Assembly (NCBI RefSeq): GCF_006345805.1
Contig: NC_043001.1
Coordinates: 22,072,001-22,136,000, forward strand
DNA from: Octopus sinensis
Taxonomy: Eukaryota
Direction of reading: 5' to 3'
DNA length: 64,000 nucleotides
Numbering within the stretch: position 1 is the stretch's first letter; each line of letters begins with the position of its first letter. This document shows positions 11,194 to 25,200 of this stretch, one piece after another. The position numbers and the translations under genes are program-made. The notes beneath the pieces are model-generated. The model saw nothing but the letters and a program-made list of their open reading frames with translations, was not told where the DNA came from and did no database searches.

Positions 11194-11894
11194 TCTATAT
11201 CTCATTAATCAAAGTAGTTTATCTATTTTCCTTAAGTGCATCCAATTGTAAATTTCTGTTGCAATTTTTATACTTATCAGAAGTTTCACTTTATTATTAA
11301 TACTTTGAGATATTATTTATAAAAAACTAATTTGCATTTTCCTCTTGTGCTGATAGAGGTGGGTAAATTTTAAATTTTGCAGTTTGCATGGCTAGAATAT
11401 TTTTATAACTCAACAGTCTTGCTAATAAAAAATGACAATTTTGGTGGAAGTGTTAAGTTGGACAGAAAAAAACGGTTGGTTGTCTATCTTGTTCACAGAA
11501 CAACGTTTCTTACTATTTCACTGATATTTCCAATATAACTGCATTTAAGAAAAAGTTCTGAAGATGAAGGTTTTTGTACTCTTCTTTAAGGCAAACATAA
11601 TCATCAATTGCATTCTTCATTTTCTTATTTTGAATTTTCAACTATCGTGAATGTAATAGAGAAAAATGCTTTTGAGTAGAGAGGGAAAAAAATTAAAAGA
11701 TTTTAAAAATAATACTTTCATCATTCAGGTTTTGTTTATGTAAAAATTGCTTTATGTAGAACACTACTAAACAGTATTCACATTCTTTTTATCAGAAAGT
11801 ATAACTTCTCCACAAGTAGAATTAAGTTTTGACGTTATACAGTCTAGTTCATAAACACCCCTTCCTCACTGGGAAGGAAAAAGAACCACCCCTT

Positions 11895-11938
11895 CCACAT
11901 ACAACAAAAACCGACATTGATAGACAACAAGATTTATT
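11895..11938 (-). terminator. Candidate distal polyadenylation site of the tetraspanin gene
   Basis: Minus strand AATAAA (11938-11933), CA 14 nt downstream (11919-11918), then GU/U-rich tgtcggtttttgttgtatgtgg; several UGUA motifs upstream. Confidence 0.5.
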
Positions 11939-14900
11939 GATCAAAGAATATCTTCAGACATGAATTATGGGGAATATTCGAGGGGAGTAGTATTTTTCAG
12001 TGATTAAGTGAAATGATGTCTGGCTAAAGAAGCACTAAAACAATTGCTTCACAACTTTATTTTTCCAGCTCGACAAGAATATTGCGAACAATGCAAGAAT
12101 AGAAGGGGGGGAAAAAATCATTCTAATCTTTAAAAATATACAAACCCCACTGATCATTTACATCAAAATATACAAAAAGCTGAACTAAAAAAAAAAAAAA
12201 ATTCATTACAGATCAAGTTACAATTCTTAAAAACAGCAAATATTTTACAACAATAATTGATAGAAAAAGAATGTGTGTATTTTTATAATTATATAAAAAA
12301 AGAATAAAGATTAACAATAGAAGACAAGGCTAAGTATAAAAAAAATTTTTAAGTGTTTAAAGAATTCAGAATCTTAGAATTAGAAAATAATAGATTGGTT
12401 AAATTAGAAATCAATTAAATAAAATATAATTTCAGGATTAATAGTGGAGACAGTTTCCTTGGAAGTTCATAGTTTAATACTGTGACATGGTGTGTGTATA
12501 TATATATATAGATATATTTGAAGTTAACACAAGGACACCTGAACAAACAAAGATGAAAAAAAAAAATCTTAGCTTCAAAGTATTTCAACAACTGAAATAT
12601 ATTTAAGATGTTTGCAGCCTTGAAGTGAAATTGCACTTTTCTAGCTTTTATGTATTCAAATATAAAAAAATAGTTTTTAAAATCTTGCCAATCAATCAAT
12701 CAATTTGCATTAATTAACTGCAGCTTTAAATAATTACATTCAAAGCTGCAGCTAAGTCGTGTAAAACAAGTTTTTCCAACTAACATTTCTCAAATAAAAC
12801 TTTTTGTTACCCAAAAGTACAAAACAAAAGTATATATTACTTTCTCATTAAAAGATCAAATCTGCTAGAGTTTGGTAGAAAGAAAGGTTTCAAACCTAAA
12901 TAATTTTACAGTTCTTTAGTTACTAAAGTAACAATTAGAGTTCCAAGTATGCTTGGAGTACCATGATCTTAGTTTAAGTTCATAATAGTTAATATTACTA
13001 AGACTTATTTTTAGAAGTACTGCTGGTATAAATCTGAAATTTGTAATAAATTTTTGGTGGACTCTTTTTACTGAATACTCAAAGTAATGATTCCAATAAT
13101 AGTGCTTTTACATCAGTAGATTTAAGACTTATTGGAAAGAGGGTGGGATTTAAAAAAAAAAAAAAAAAAAAAAGGTACAATATTTGTACCTTTCTCAATG
13201 GTAGTTTAATGAGGCTGCTTTGAGAAATTCTAAACATAGTATAGGAATGTTTTAATCTTTTGAAAAGTGGGGAAAAAAAAATTTCAGATTTCTTTTACTG
13301 ACAGTTTTGTCTTCAGCACTTTATAGAATTTGCAGTGGGTGGGTATATATTTCAAGATTGAAACCACTGATTCAACCAGGACTGTTATGGTCGTGTCGAA
13401 CCATTGACAAATGTTCACAAAATACTGACTGATTTCCTGAGATTATAAAAAAGAAAAGAAAAAAAAACTTGCTGAAAGCAAAAAAAATATGAAATAAAGT
13501 CTTTAAAAGCTTCAACTATAGATGTATTTGAATTGTACAGAATGAGATTGGGATATCATTAGCTCTATCAACTTCTGTAGTAATAGAAACTAAATTTTCA
13601 CCTGCTTCATATGATGATTTCAAATTTTGGCATGGGGCCAGCAGTTTTTGAGGAGAAGGGGGTTAGTCGATTACATTGAGCCCAGAATTTGACTGGTACT
13701 TATTCTATCAACCTCAAAAAGGATGAAAGTCAAAGTTGACCTCAGCAGAATTTGAACTCAGAATATAAAGACAGACAAAATGCTGCTAAGCATTTTGCCC
13801 GGTGTGCTAATGATTTTGCCAGTTGACCACCTAACTTTAGAAGAATATCTTAAAAGTATCAATTATCTTCTCTATGAAGTATCCTATGCAACAAATATTA
13901 AAATTTCAAATTCTACAATATAAAGAAACTTAACTATTCCCGAGATTTCAATTGTGTTGCTATCTTTGTCAACTCTGCAAACATACTAGAGTTTGTTTTT
14001 AATTTGAAAGAAAAAAAAGGTTAAAAAATTTTTTTTTTTAATCAGAGAATTGAACCAGAATATCCAATTAAAAGGGACCTGTAAAATATATTTTAGGTTA
14101 AATAAGATCTGATTATTAGACAAGTCAGTGTACTAATACTTGAGCATTATTTTTAATTACTCTAGCAATTATGAAGGCGCAGTTGCAAGATCATGGCTTT
14201 CATACTTAGACCATGTGGTATGTTGTGTTCCTGAGCAAAACACCATTTCACATTACTCTAGCTCACTCAGCTGTAAATGAGTAATTCCACAATGGACTAG
14301 TATCCCATTAAGAGGGAATGTTGTGATCTTGGACACTTATACACCTTGGTAACCAACCCCACCGAGAACCAGAGACAGTATTTTATTAATTACTGGTGAT
14401 TTAGAATTTGATTTTATCTTAGCGATAAATCTTTTCTCAACATTTCATTTCCTAATTTTGCTTTTCATTGGGTGGACTTGACCAAAGTATATTTACATCT
14501 GTCAATGTTACAGATGTACAGCTTAGGATATATCATCTGAAAATTAATTTCTAAAAGGAAATTCTATTTTCCTACACCAACAGATATAAACTGTTTTACT
14601 TTACACAAATTGCAGTGTGGTTACACTTCATTGAGGATGTTAAAACAAACGAAGAAACCTATCTGGCATCTGCTTCGAAAAGAAATAATATTATTTCTTT
14701 TTTTTTTTTGCCACATTATACTTGTTTTAGTTTTTTTTTTTTTATGATCTGTATATCTGTTAAATGTGCCAATACCCACTTACCTAGCATTTGTATGGTG
14801 GAAAGGGAAAAAGGAGACTACGGCAGTTCAAAGATGATGAAGTTAACAAAAAGTACTTTCAAACTTCCAGTTCTCCAGCTTTGCATAAAAAGTTGTTATG

Positions 14901-17900
14901 GTGGAAACTTACCAAAGAGTGCATACAAGGATGAGGTTTCTTAGTAATACAAACTATTTTACTTTGGCAATACAGTAATGTCATTAAGGAAAATGGCCTG
15001 GAAGTAGGAAAAATATAATGCATGTTAAGTTGGGAAGGGAAATATTTCTGTTAATGAGAGTGAAAAGTTATGGAGAAATAAAATGTGACTAAGTTTGTTT
15101 TACAGCCACAAAATTTAATTTCATTGATTTTCAAGACAATTTTTTTGGGGGGTAAAAAAAAAAAAACGGGGCTGTAAAATATATGTTGTTGAATTAGAGA
15201 GACTACCAACAGACAACCCTAGTGTAAGACCGACATTATTACTAAGCAATAGAATGACCATACAAACCAAGAGCAAGCTTCTTACAGAAGATGGCCAGAA
15301 TCGATGTTAGAGAACTGTTGATAAAGAAAATATGGCAGTGAGAATTCACAACACAGATTGAAATCAAGAGAAACAGATTGGTCCAACCAGCTGCTCTTTT
15401 GTCCAGACAATTCCCCAAAACATTCTGCATTTAAAAAAAAAAAAATCTTGATTGTCCGTCCTCCCATTGAAAGCATCTGTTTTTTAATTTTTTTTTTTTT
15501 TTTGTAAGTTTTCCCAGTTCTCATGTCAATGTAAATGAGATCATTCATGTCGTTATATCAGTAAGCATGAACAGAAACAAGTGTAGGGTTCGATTTAACT
15601 TTTTGTGCAACCTCAGTAATAAAACTTCCCCTTCTCTGTGCATGTTTTAATGTTAATTTATTGAACTGCCATTATGAACAATATGAAAATATTTCTTCAA
15701 CTCAGTACTAAACCATTTTCATAGTGGGGTGGGACAACTAAATAAAACCTCACGAATAAGTCAGTTGTGTATAAGTCACACTATTTTATACTTCAACTGA
15801 AGAGAACCGGGGTGTGGTTGTACATGGGCCGAAGCTAAACTATGAAAGGAAAAAATTTTGTACCAAGATTTAGAAGTGTGACTTATGAGTAAATATGGAA
15901 TATTGACTTCAAAAACAATGAAAGACAAAGTTAACTTCAACAGGACTGAAACAGAAATGTGAAGCACCAAATTAAATATGGTAATGTTCAAGACTAGAAA
16001 TTATGCCAATATCTCTCTCTTTCTCTCTGCCCAAGAAACATGTAAGGTGATGAATTTTAATTCACTGAACATTTAAGAAATCAACGACTCTAATATCATA
16101 ATAAAAAAGTGTCTAGTTCAGAAATATGGAATATAACCTCTTTGTAATTATCTTAGCTCAAAGAGTTTAAATGAGAAAAAAAATTATTTCAATATTTAAA
16201 AAGACAAAGATATTTTGTTACAAAATCTTCAGCTCAATGAATTCTTTCAATGATGATTTTGACAATTTTCTTTGTTATCTATTTGTCCATACATTTTTGT
16301 AATTGCTAACTCACAAATGCTATTTTCTCTCATACAATATGAATAATTAGTTTGAAGCTGCAGAGAGCAACTTTTTGGAATGCTTAGAGTCAGGCTACAA
16401 ACATACAATGATTATATATGCTTACTATTGGAAAAAAAAAAAAAAAATCTAAACCGAATAAATTTTTATTCAATTTTAAAAAGTACTAAACATTACAAAA
16501 TGCAAATGTGCATAATGTTTGTTTGGAAGAGAACAGTTATTTTTGAGATTTTCCATATTATTTATATTGTAGTTTTACTTGGCATTCTGCAAGACAATTT
16601 AAATTATATGAAAATTTGGTGTCACTAAGTTATGGTTTGTAACCAATTAGTGTCAAAAATCATGTAGGTTAATAGCTGTTCAAGGCACTGCCAGTATTCC
16701 AGGACATTCTCAAGGTTTTTGTGCTTTTTAAAATAAAAGACCAAAAAGAGGATTGGTTGAATAAATTTCATAATTATTAGTTGATGAAAGTGTGGTTTAA
16801 AAAAATAAAAAATATATAGATATATATGTATATATATATAGCAGCTAAACCTATTTCAATCTGTGCAAAATAAATGTAATTACATCTATCCTCGTTTATC
16901 TCCGTTCATCACTGATTTCTGATGACATGGTACGCTCAATTGCAAACCTTGTTACACATATTGTGAATTGATCTGTGAAAAGACGGGACAGAAATCAGTC
17001 AAAAATTGTGCTTGTTATAGCTTTGCTTTTTTTTTTTTTTTTTTACCGATCAGATATTAAATTTTACTCTTTTTCCAAACATGAAACAGTTATCGTTACA
17101 CATGTTTAAAACCTGGAGATGTTATATGGCTAAGTTAGAAGGACAACTTAGGATCTCAGAATGAAATCCATTGTTCCATATGTTTTACTATTCATCTGTC
17201 ACTGATTCATTTAACTTTTTTTTCTTCTTTGGAACCAAACACCCGTAATAAATGAGGATACATGTATTTAAAATTGAAAGTCAGTTCAAATATAGCAAAT
17301 AATTGTGTGTTATAATGTGTTGGTATTTTTAGCTTTACAATAAAGAATTAAAGGTAACTTCACCATGTGATTAAAAGACATCTTCCTACTTGCCTTGCTT
17401 GACATGCCCAAAACATTCTTTTACCTGGCACAATAGACAGATTCACAGGCAAACAAAGTTCCTCCTTGATGCCCATCTATGAAATTTTAATATAAAGATA
17501 TCATTTTACCTTAAGAATATATAATGATATAATTGTCTAATCAAAGAGCTAATATAATTAAATAAAAGTAATTAGAAATATGGAAAAATAAGCATTCAGA
17601 AAGTTGTTTTGATGTATGGGAATGAGTAAGTTATTTTGTTTTTTTTATCTCAGAGGTAGAAAATCAATAGAAAGAGGATAGATTAGTCATTGCCCCTCCC
17701 CACAAATGGAAAAGATTAATTTTCAGATATATTGAGCAAGAGAACAGATTTTAAAGTTCATCTTAAAATAATGTCATTTATACAAATTTTTTGATGTTAC
17801 TGATGAATTAATAAACTAGACAAACCAATCAGAGTATCCAGAGATTGCATCTGTGATGTTTTGTTACCTGATGAAGTTAAAGAAGCTATTTAGGTGATAT

Positions 17901-18835
17901 TATTTAAAAAAAAAAAGAATTTGTTCTTCTCATCTATCAGAAATATAGATATTCTTAATGTGAGCAATTAATCTTTCAATAAATAAAACTAAGATGAATA
18001 CAACAACACTCAAAGTGGAATGCCTGAATCGTAAAAACACTAAAATACATGCCATCTGTAAAAAGAAAGACTTTTAATGAAGTAAAAATAATTTTGGGAA
18101 ACGAGAAAAGAACACGAAATACATGGGTTGTTCAGGAATATGTCTTCAAGTCATTTTTTCCAAAGCTAAAAAAAAAAAGATTGTAGCAACATGACCTAAA
18201 ATGAAGGTATTAACATAACATCAAGTACTTGAATCACTTAAAAAAAAAAAAAATTTTTTTACAAAAAATTTTAAAAAAATTTACAAAAGAAAAGTAGAAA
18301 AAAAAAGCAACAGAATAAATTTCAATATTTATATATGTAATATATTTCTTTTAATATGCCAATAACTACACAAACTAAGATAACATTTTTTTTCTTCATA
18401 GACATGACATACACCTCCCCCCACCCTTCCACAATATTTTGTCTGAAAAAATACATATGAAAATATAAAAATAAAAAAAACAAAAAAGATAAAATACAGA
18501 AATGCCATTCAATATTGATAACAGAATCAAATAAGGGATAAGCATCATCATGTGATCTTCTGAAATTGCCAAGTAAACTTAGCAAGTATCAAAGACCCAT
18601 CTCTCTCTCTCTCTCTCACTTTCTCTTTCTCTTATGATCATTTCCTACATGATATAGTTTTGGCAAAGAATTAGAACAAACAGAGGTCAAAATTTGAAAT
18701 GAATCGTTTTGTTTTATAGCGAAGATTAAATCCAATATGTGTCTCTTGTAAAAAAAAAAAAATAAAAATAAAAAGACTAGATGATATATATTTACAATTG
18801 TTTCCGATATAACTTCTGTAAATGATATAATATAT

Positions 18836-18847
18836 ATACATATATAT

Positions 18848-18900
<53 letters not shown>

Positions 18901-18912
18901 ATATATATATAT
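18836..18912. repeat. (TA)n microsatellite
   Basis: Direct reading; (TC)n at ~18600-18617 nearby. Confidence 0.9.
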
Positions 18913-20336
18913 GTTTGTTTGTTTTTGGGTTCGAATGTCAAAATGAAAGCCAATCAATAATACATGCTGAATATTTATAATTAATAGATATAACTCACAA
19001 CACTTTTACACAGACATGTCAAATAGTGAGTTGAACTGAACCAAAACTTCACTTGTTGAAGGCAAAATGAAAGAGACACTTCACTCTTTTAATATTCCAC
19101 ATTGAAAGAATAAGTTCTTATTGAATAGTTTGTTTTTGCTTTTTTTTTTGTTTCTTTGTTTTTACTGAGACTCATTCTTAAAATCAAATCACCATATATT
19201 ATTAGAATCCAGTTTGATTTAAATCATACTGAATAATAATGATAATAATAATAATAATAATTATTATTCTAATTTTTCGGCACAAGGCCAATAATTTTGA
19301 GGGGATGGAAAAGTTGAATACATCGACCCCAGTATTCAACTGGTACATATTTTTATCAACCCCATAAGGACGAAAGGCAAGTCGACCTTGGCGGCATTTG
19401 AACTCAGAACATAAAGCTGGGAGAAATGCTGCTAAGCATTTTGCTAGTTCGGTATACTAACAATTCTACCAGCTCACTGCCCTCGTAATAATAATTTCTA
19501 AATCTGGCGCAAGGCCACATACATTTGCAGGGGGAAGGAGTTTAGTTGAATGAATCGACTGACTTCACTGATGCTTATTTTATTAACCCAGAAGGGTGAA
19601 AGGCAAAGTCAATTTTGATGGGATTGGAACTTGGAACATAACTATATACTGTAAGGCAATCTAATTCAGCACTAACATTTATGCCATCCACCGTCCTAAC
19701 ATCCAGGACAATAATGGCAGTAAATTCACGAGGTGGTAATAAATACCAATATTTTGTTGTTAATTTAGTATTAATGAGTTAATTCAGACCAAATGGGATT
19801 ACTTTGATAGTGATGGGAAACATTTTAGCAGTAACATCATCACAATTTATAAACAATCTACAGAGTTCATTCCTCTATTGAATAGTTTGTTTGGCAACGT
19901 GCCCGCTAGTAGAATAGTTTTAAGGTAGCACCACTTGTTAATGTGGAACATTTAAATTTCTACAGAGTACCTTTTCCACTGTAACGTATTTTTAGCATTA
20001 TTTCCTGGATGTAACATGCTACAAAAATATCTTCCCAAAGACAGAACGAACACCTATAAATGTTAACATAATTGTATAAAGGCTAATTCCATAATATTAC
20101 AATGTTTTTTTTGTTTTTTAAATCAATGGTGAAATTTTGTAATGAACACAAAGATTTAGATGTATTTCATTCAAAGAGAATCAAATCCATTCCATGAGTA
20201 TTTTAAGGTACCAGAAAATGGAGAGGAAAGGAGAAGCTTAAATCATTAAAAAAAGGACTGCTTGCTGCCATTATTAATTATCTTAATTAGAATTTTGTGC
20301 TGACAAAGTTTCTTAACACTAGTTTCCTATAATTAA

Positions 20337-20502
20337 CCCTTTAGCATTTAAACTGGCCATATCCAGCCTTTCACACACACCCTACAATGTCATACATTGT
20401 CACATCATGGAAATCTCAAAGCAATGAGATAACACATGATTAATTCAAAACAATGTGAATAAATAAGAATTACATTTGACAGTAAATCTGAATGCTAAAG
20501 GG
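20337..20502. mobile_element. piggyBac-like MITE
   Basis: TTAA|CCCTTTAGCATT ... AATGCTAAAGGG|TT: perfect 12-bp TIR, TTAA on the left only. Partial copy at ~62137-62200. Confidence 0.7.
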
Positions 20503-21777
20503 TTGGACTGATAATTGCTTAAGATTTCACTCCATTATAATCAACTTTGGATTAATTGGGATAAATCTTTTTGGCAGAATATCTTTAAGGAAAAGATGCA
20601 ACAAAATAAATATTTGTTTTTTTTTTTCAATATAATTTATAATTGATTCTCAATTAAAAATAGTTATAAGCTTTTAACCATTTGAAATTTCAGTGTATGC
20701 ATTTATGAATAGAATCATAAGGTCTCAGAACATTTTAGACACATGTAACATTAATGGCATAACATTTCCTCCTTTATCATCTCATCCCATTTAAAATCAC
20801 ATTTGCCGACCAATAATTAAGATAAGTTCCAGTTTTGTTTTTAATTCAAAAGTAAATGGTTATTAAAGTTTGAAGTTGGGCTAAAAGATGAGCTTTTAAT
20901 TATAATCAGCAATAGAATTAAAGTAAGCATTCAGTATTACTATTATGACTTCTTAAAATGGTAAACCAAGTACCGTCTTTCTGTATCTCCTAAAGAAATT
21001 TCATGTTTAAATGTCTTCAATGTTAAAAATTATTTTTTTTTCTTCTTTAATAATATTTTTAATACTCTTTTTTTTATCTTTTGATATTGTTTCATTCGAG
21101 TTTTGCTTACATTTAAAAGAATTATTTTTCCATATGAATGTTTAGTAAACTATTATGTAAAGAATAAATATACACCAAATAAAAATATATTTGGATTGAA
21201 ATTTGAGATGAGAAATGATTTCAAACACTGATGTAGAGAAGTAATGTACTTGGTGAAGATAGGCAAATTAATTGCAATTTTGGTATGTCTTTACATTTTT
21301 GCTCTTTTTTTTTCTTTTTCCTTTATGAACCTCAATATATATTTTTTTTGTGGAAAAGAGAGACTATACAAATTCAGGTTTTTTTTTTTTTTTTTAATAT
21401 GGCAATAGATAAACCCAACTGCAAAAATAAGCCAGGGAAAGTAAATGAAGTCAACAATACTTAGTCACAATATAACTTTTTTGTTTCTTAAAGAAATAAG
21501 TTGTGAGGAGAAAAAGTTACACAATGAGACTTTTGTAGCAGTTTTAAAAATCCATGATTAGGATTGACAAACTATATTGAGGCTATAGTTCTCTTTCAAT
21601 TTTTTTCTTTTATATTGATATTACCCATTTGGTACCAGACAGATACCTCCAGGACATTTTTTCCACTGGTAAACCAACTTTATACACAAAATATTCACAC
21701 GAAGTGGTCATCTAGTGTAATAACAGGTCACTGTTGCATTAGGCTTGACCAGTGGTAAAAGTCGCTTTCAGGAGCAG

Positions 21778-21924
21778 TTACAAATTGGAGTAAGTGTTTC
21801 CACGAGTTGGATATGGAGCTTTCTCTTGAGTGCGAGCCATCTCGTACACTACATCATCAGGCTGCTGAGGTGGCGGTTTCCGCAGGTAACAAATAAGCAA
21901 TACAATGAAAAGGAACCCAAATAG
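21778..21924 (-). CDS. Tetraspanin last coding exon: end of TM4 and cytoplasmic tail
   Basis: tatttttcAG|CTATTT...TTGTAA; 147 nt; LFGFLFIVLLICYLRKPPPQQPDDVVYEMARTQEKAPYPTRGNTYSNL*; all five exons join in frame. Confidence 0.92.
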   Translation of the reverse strand, partial: LFGFLFIVLLICYLRKPPPQQPDDVVYEMARTQEKAPYPTRGNTYSNL

Positions 21925-22429
21925 CTGAAAAATAATCAGACAATGAACAGATTTTATTAAGTACAGACAAACACTGGGTAGATTAAAACAGCCAAATTTA
22001 TGAAAATATTTTTTTGGTATCAAAGAAAAAAGATTAGAATTTATAGCTAGGTGGTAAATTAATTGACTATAACACAAATTATTTACTGTTTATTCTAGTA
22101 AGTAATCAGTATAAAAAATGCAGTGAATGAAACAAGTTGAAAACTAAGAAAAACAAAAATATTGAATGAAGGTTAGCCATAATGATAACCCTGTTACTTG
22201 AAATATTCAAAAATTTTTGTCTGAAAAGTTATCAAATGGGAATCAATAAATGCTTTTGTTCATGCTATTTCTTGTTGAAAACATTCTTCAAATGTTTTGA
22301 TTTATTTTATTTAAACATAGAGAAAGCTTTTAAGAAAGTGAATACAATTGATCAACTTGACTCCAAGTACAAAGCTTAGAAAATTCCAGTCTGGTACTAT
22401 TTTTTCTGTCATCACTTCTTTCTCAGTAT

Positions 22430-22770
22430 CTGAGACCCCATTCGGTCACGACTGACCATGGGATTGCACCTAGAAAGGTACCCTCCCAGGCACAAGTCTG
22501 AGCAAGGTTGTTTATGGAAGAACAGCAGTTGCCCATACATACCAGCCTCCCCTCTCCATGCCACCAGTGTTATCCAAGGGAAAGGCAAAGGCTGATACAG
22601 CTTGGCACTCGTGACATCGCAACTCATTTCTAGAGCTGAGAGAACTGGAGTAACGTGAAATAAAGTGTCTTGCTCAAGAACACAACACAAAGCCCGGTCC
22701 GGGATTCGAGCTCACAACCTCACGATTGTAAGCTCGATGTTCTAACCACTGAGACATGCGCCTTCACATG
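22430..22770 (-). mobile_element. tRNA-derived SINE family D
   Basis: Minus head gtgaaggcgcatgtctcagtggttagaac..gagctcgaatcccggacc, core ttcttgagcaagacactt; 3' half also at ~62770-62960(-), degenerate copy at ~14180-14370(+). Confidence 0.75.
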
Positions 22771-23031
22771 TATATGTATATTATACTGTATAATAAGATG
22801 CAGTATTTCTCAGTATAATATGATATAAATGAAGGGGCAGGCATGGTTGAATGGCTAAGTTCACCTCGGAACTATAGGGCTCAGGATCTGATCCTGCTGC
22901 ATGGCACCTTGGGTGACTTTTACCAAGCACCTCAGGAAGCTGAATACTTTGTTCAGTAACAGTATGGTAACACATCAGATGCAAAACATTGAATATAATG
23001 GGATGAATTTGAGGAAATTAATTTTATTTAC

Positions 23032-23115
23032 CTGTAATCCTAGAATAGCAACCACTATTCCAGTAATAAGGAGAAGACGTTCTTCGACAAGATTTACAAT
23101 TGCTCTGCCACAACC
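23032..23115 (-). CDS. Tetraspanin exon: end of EC2 (GC) and first part of TM4
   Basis: atctttgaAG|GGTTGT...TTACAG|GTAAAT; 84 nt; GCGRAIVNLVEERLLLITGIVVAILGLQ. Confidence 0.93.
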
Positions 23116-23509
23116 CTTCAAAGATAAACAGGAAAAAAATATATTAAAATGCTGAAAAGTAAATGTCACATCTCCAGAGTAAATCTTAACGTTAAAATAT
23201 GAAATTAAGTCAGAAGGAAGTCTAGACTTTGGAATTTAAATTAAAATGCATAACAAATGATATCTGGTCTCAAGAAGGAAATACTATATCTACCAGCACA
23301 CAAGACATTTTTTCTAAATATACAAAGAAACTGCTGCATGTTTAATGCAGCTGTATGACAGATGGGAGACGGTGTTTTAGGCTAACGAGCTGCATGAGCG
23401 TAAGTCCACAAGACACAATCATTATAATTAATACTAAAATATTGGTTTCAAATTTTAGCACAAGGCCAGAAAGTTCAGAGGAGGGAGTAGATTGATTACA
23501 TCAATACCA

Positions 23510-23724
23510 GTTTTCGGATTTGGTTTGCATGATTCTTTATATGAGTTTGTGTGTTGAAGTATATTCTGTTGTGTCTGGGGAGAGTCATTTTCTTTTTGTG
23601 CCTTATAATGTAACATTAGACAATTGAAAAGGTTGCAAGACCTTAGGAAAATGAAAATAAGAAATAAGTGGAAATTTTACCGGTCAGGCATAAAAAGAAA
23701 ATGACTCTCACCAGACTCAACAGA
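23510..23724. mobile_element. Hairpin-forming insertion with 10-bp TSD, inside a SINE B
   Basis: atcaatacca at 23500-23509 and 23725-23734; 40-bp inverted repeat 23564-23603 / 23686-23725 (37/40). Confidence 0.65.
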
Positions 23725-24321
23725 ATCAATACCAATGTTCAACTGGTACTTATTTTATTGACCCTAAAAGGATGAAAGGTAAAGATGGCCCCAGCGGCAT
23801 TTGAACATAGAATGTAAAGACAGACAAAATACCCCTAGGCATTTTGCTTGGCACATTTACAATTCAGCCAGCTCACTGCTTTATTTTAAAATTAAAGTAT
23901 TGAAAAGACCACATTACCACGCTAAGCACAAACTTTAAAAAAATTGCTTACAGTACCCTGGCTGTTATATAGGAAGGTCACATCATCCTATACCTCCTCC
24001 TTCAGTATACATAACCCACACCTGATGCACAGTTTAAATTATTCAATGACTATCTTTAAGAAACATCTTTCATTTCTTTCATTTTTTCATTTGTTTCTAT
24101 AACAGCTAATTTAATTTAGAATATCCAATTTTTGTAGCCAGCTTGTATCATCAGACCTCACATACTGTATTTTCTAATGCATAAGACATGTGGTCATGCT
24201 GGAGCACTGCCTTTAGTTGAACAAATCCACCCCAGGACTTGTTCTTTGTAAGCCTAGTACTTATTCTATTGGTTTCTTTATGCCGAACCGCTAAGTTACG
24301 GGGACGTAAACACACCAACAT

Positions 24322-24353
<32 letters not shown>

Positions 24354-24769
24354 GTGTGTGTGTGTGATGGGATTCTTTCAGTTTCCATCTACTAAATCCA
24401 CTCACAAGGCTTTGGTCAGCTTGAGGCTATAGTAGAAGACGTTTGCCCAAGGTGTCACACACTGGGACTGAACCCGGAACCATGTGGTTTGTAAGCAAGC
24501 TACTTACCACACAGCCACTCCTGTGCCTATCTGTTTATTATTAAATGAAAAATTTTCCTGGAAAGATGAAAAAATGTTTAACTTTCATCTGCCTGTTGGC
24601 CATTTGCAATGGATAGATGATAAACTATAGTGGAGCTGTGCCACCCTGGTGGCTGATAGTGGTAGCACAAAAGTTACAGCCAAAAATATGAATTTTACTT
24701 TCTGTACGACAAGTCTCTTGACCAAAAGCTAAATAGTTGAAATGGAAAAAAAAAATACGGTAATCCAAT

Positions 24770-25200
24770 AATGTAGTTTATGATACATTTATGGTTCCAT
24801 TCTTTATTCCAATACACTGGTGCAACATTGGATTTATCGCTCAGAGTAATGTAACGTCCCCTGCCCAATTCAAGATCACAGCATACATGTACACTGCAAC
24901 ATAATTTCTTTTCCTCAACAGGCCCTGCCCTATTTAACATTGTCCTGAAAGAGATCAAAGAGGAAAAGGATCCCATCAACTTTAAACGGAGTCTGGATAG
25001 ATTCCTTCAAGGAATACCAGATAAGCCACCCATAATTGGATACAACTCACCCAACAAAAACTCACTACTTGAATGGATCATAAACAAAACTTGACTTAAA
25101 CAGGATTTAGATAATCCTATCAGGTGGTGCTATTAAGTTAGACATGGCCTGGACCAATCTTTGGTCAAAACATATCTAAGTTTATCTAAGTTTTATCTAA
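24770..25200 (+). mobile_element. 3' end of a CR1/L2-group LINE
   Basis: FFSSTGPALFNIVLKEIK..INFKRSLDRFLQGIPDKPPIIGYNSPNKNSLLEW followed by a (CTAAGTTTAT)-type tail. Confidence 0.7.

Noticed and set aside
13171-13193. Perfect 10-bp hairpin AAAGGTACAA-TAT-TTGTACCTTT after an A-run
   Set aside because: Short and AT-rich; expected by chance in 64 kb, and intrinsic terminators are not relevant here.
15242-15430. Hydrophobic 62-aa minus ORF with a plausible acceptor (tttaaatgcAG)
   Set aside because: No recognisable homology, and the tetraspanin already terminates at 21778; more simply UTR or intergenic.
22690-22770. tRNA-like heads of SINE families A-D as tRNA genes
   Set aside because: No complete cloverleaf; each continues into a SINE body.
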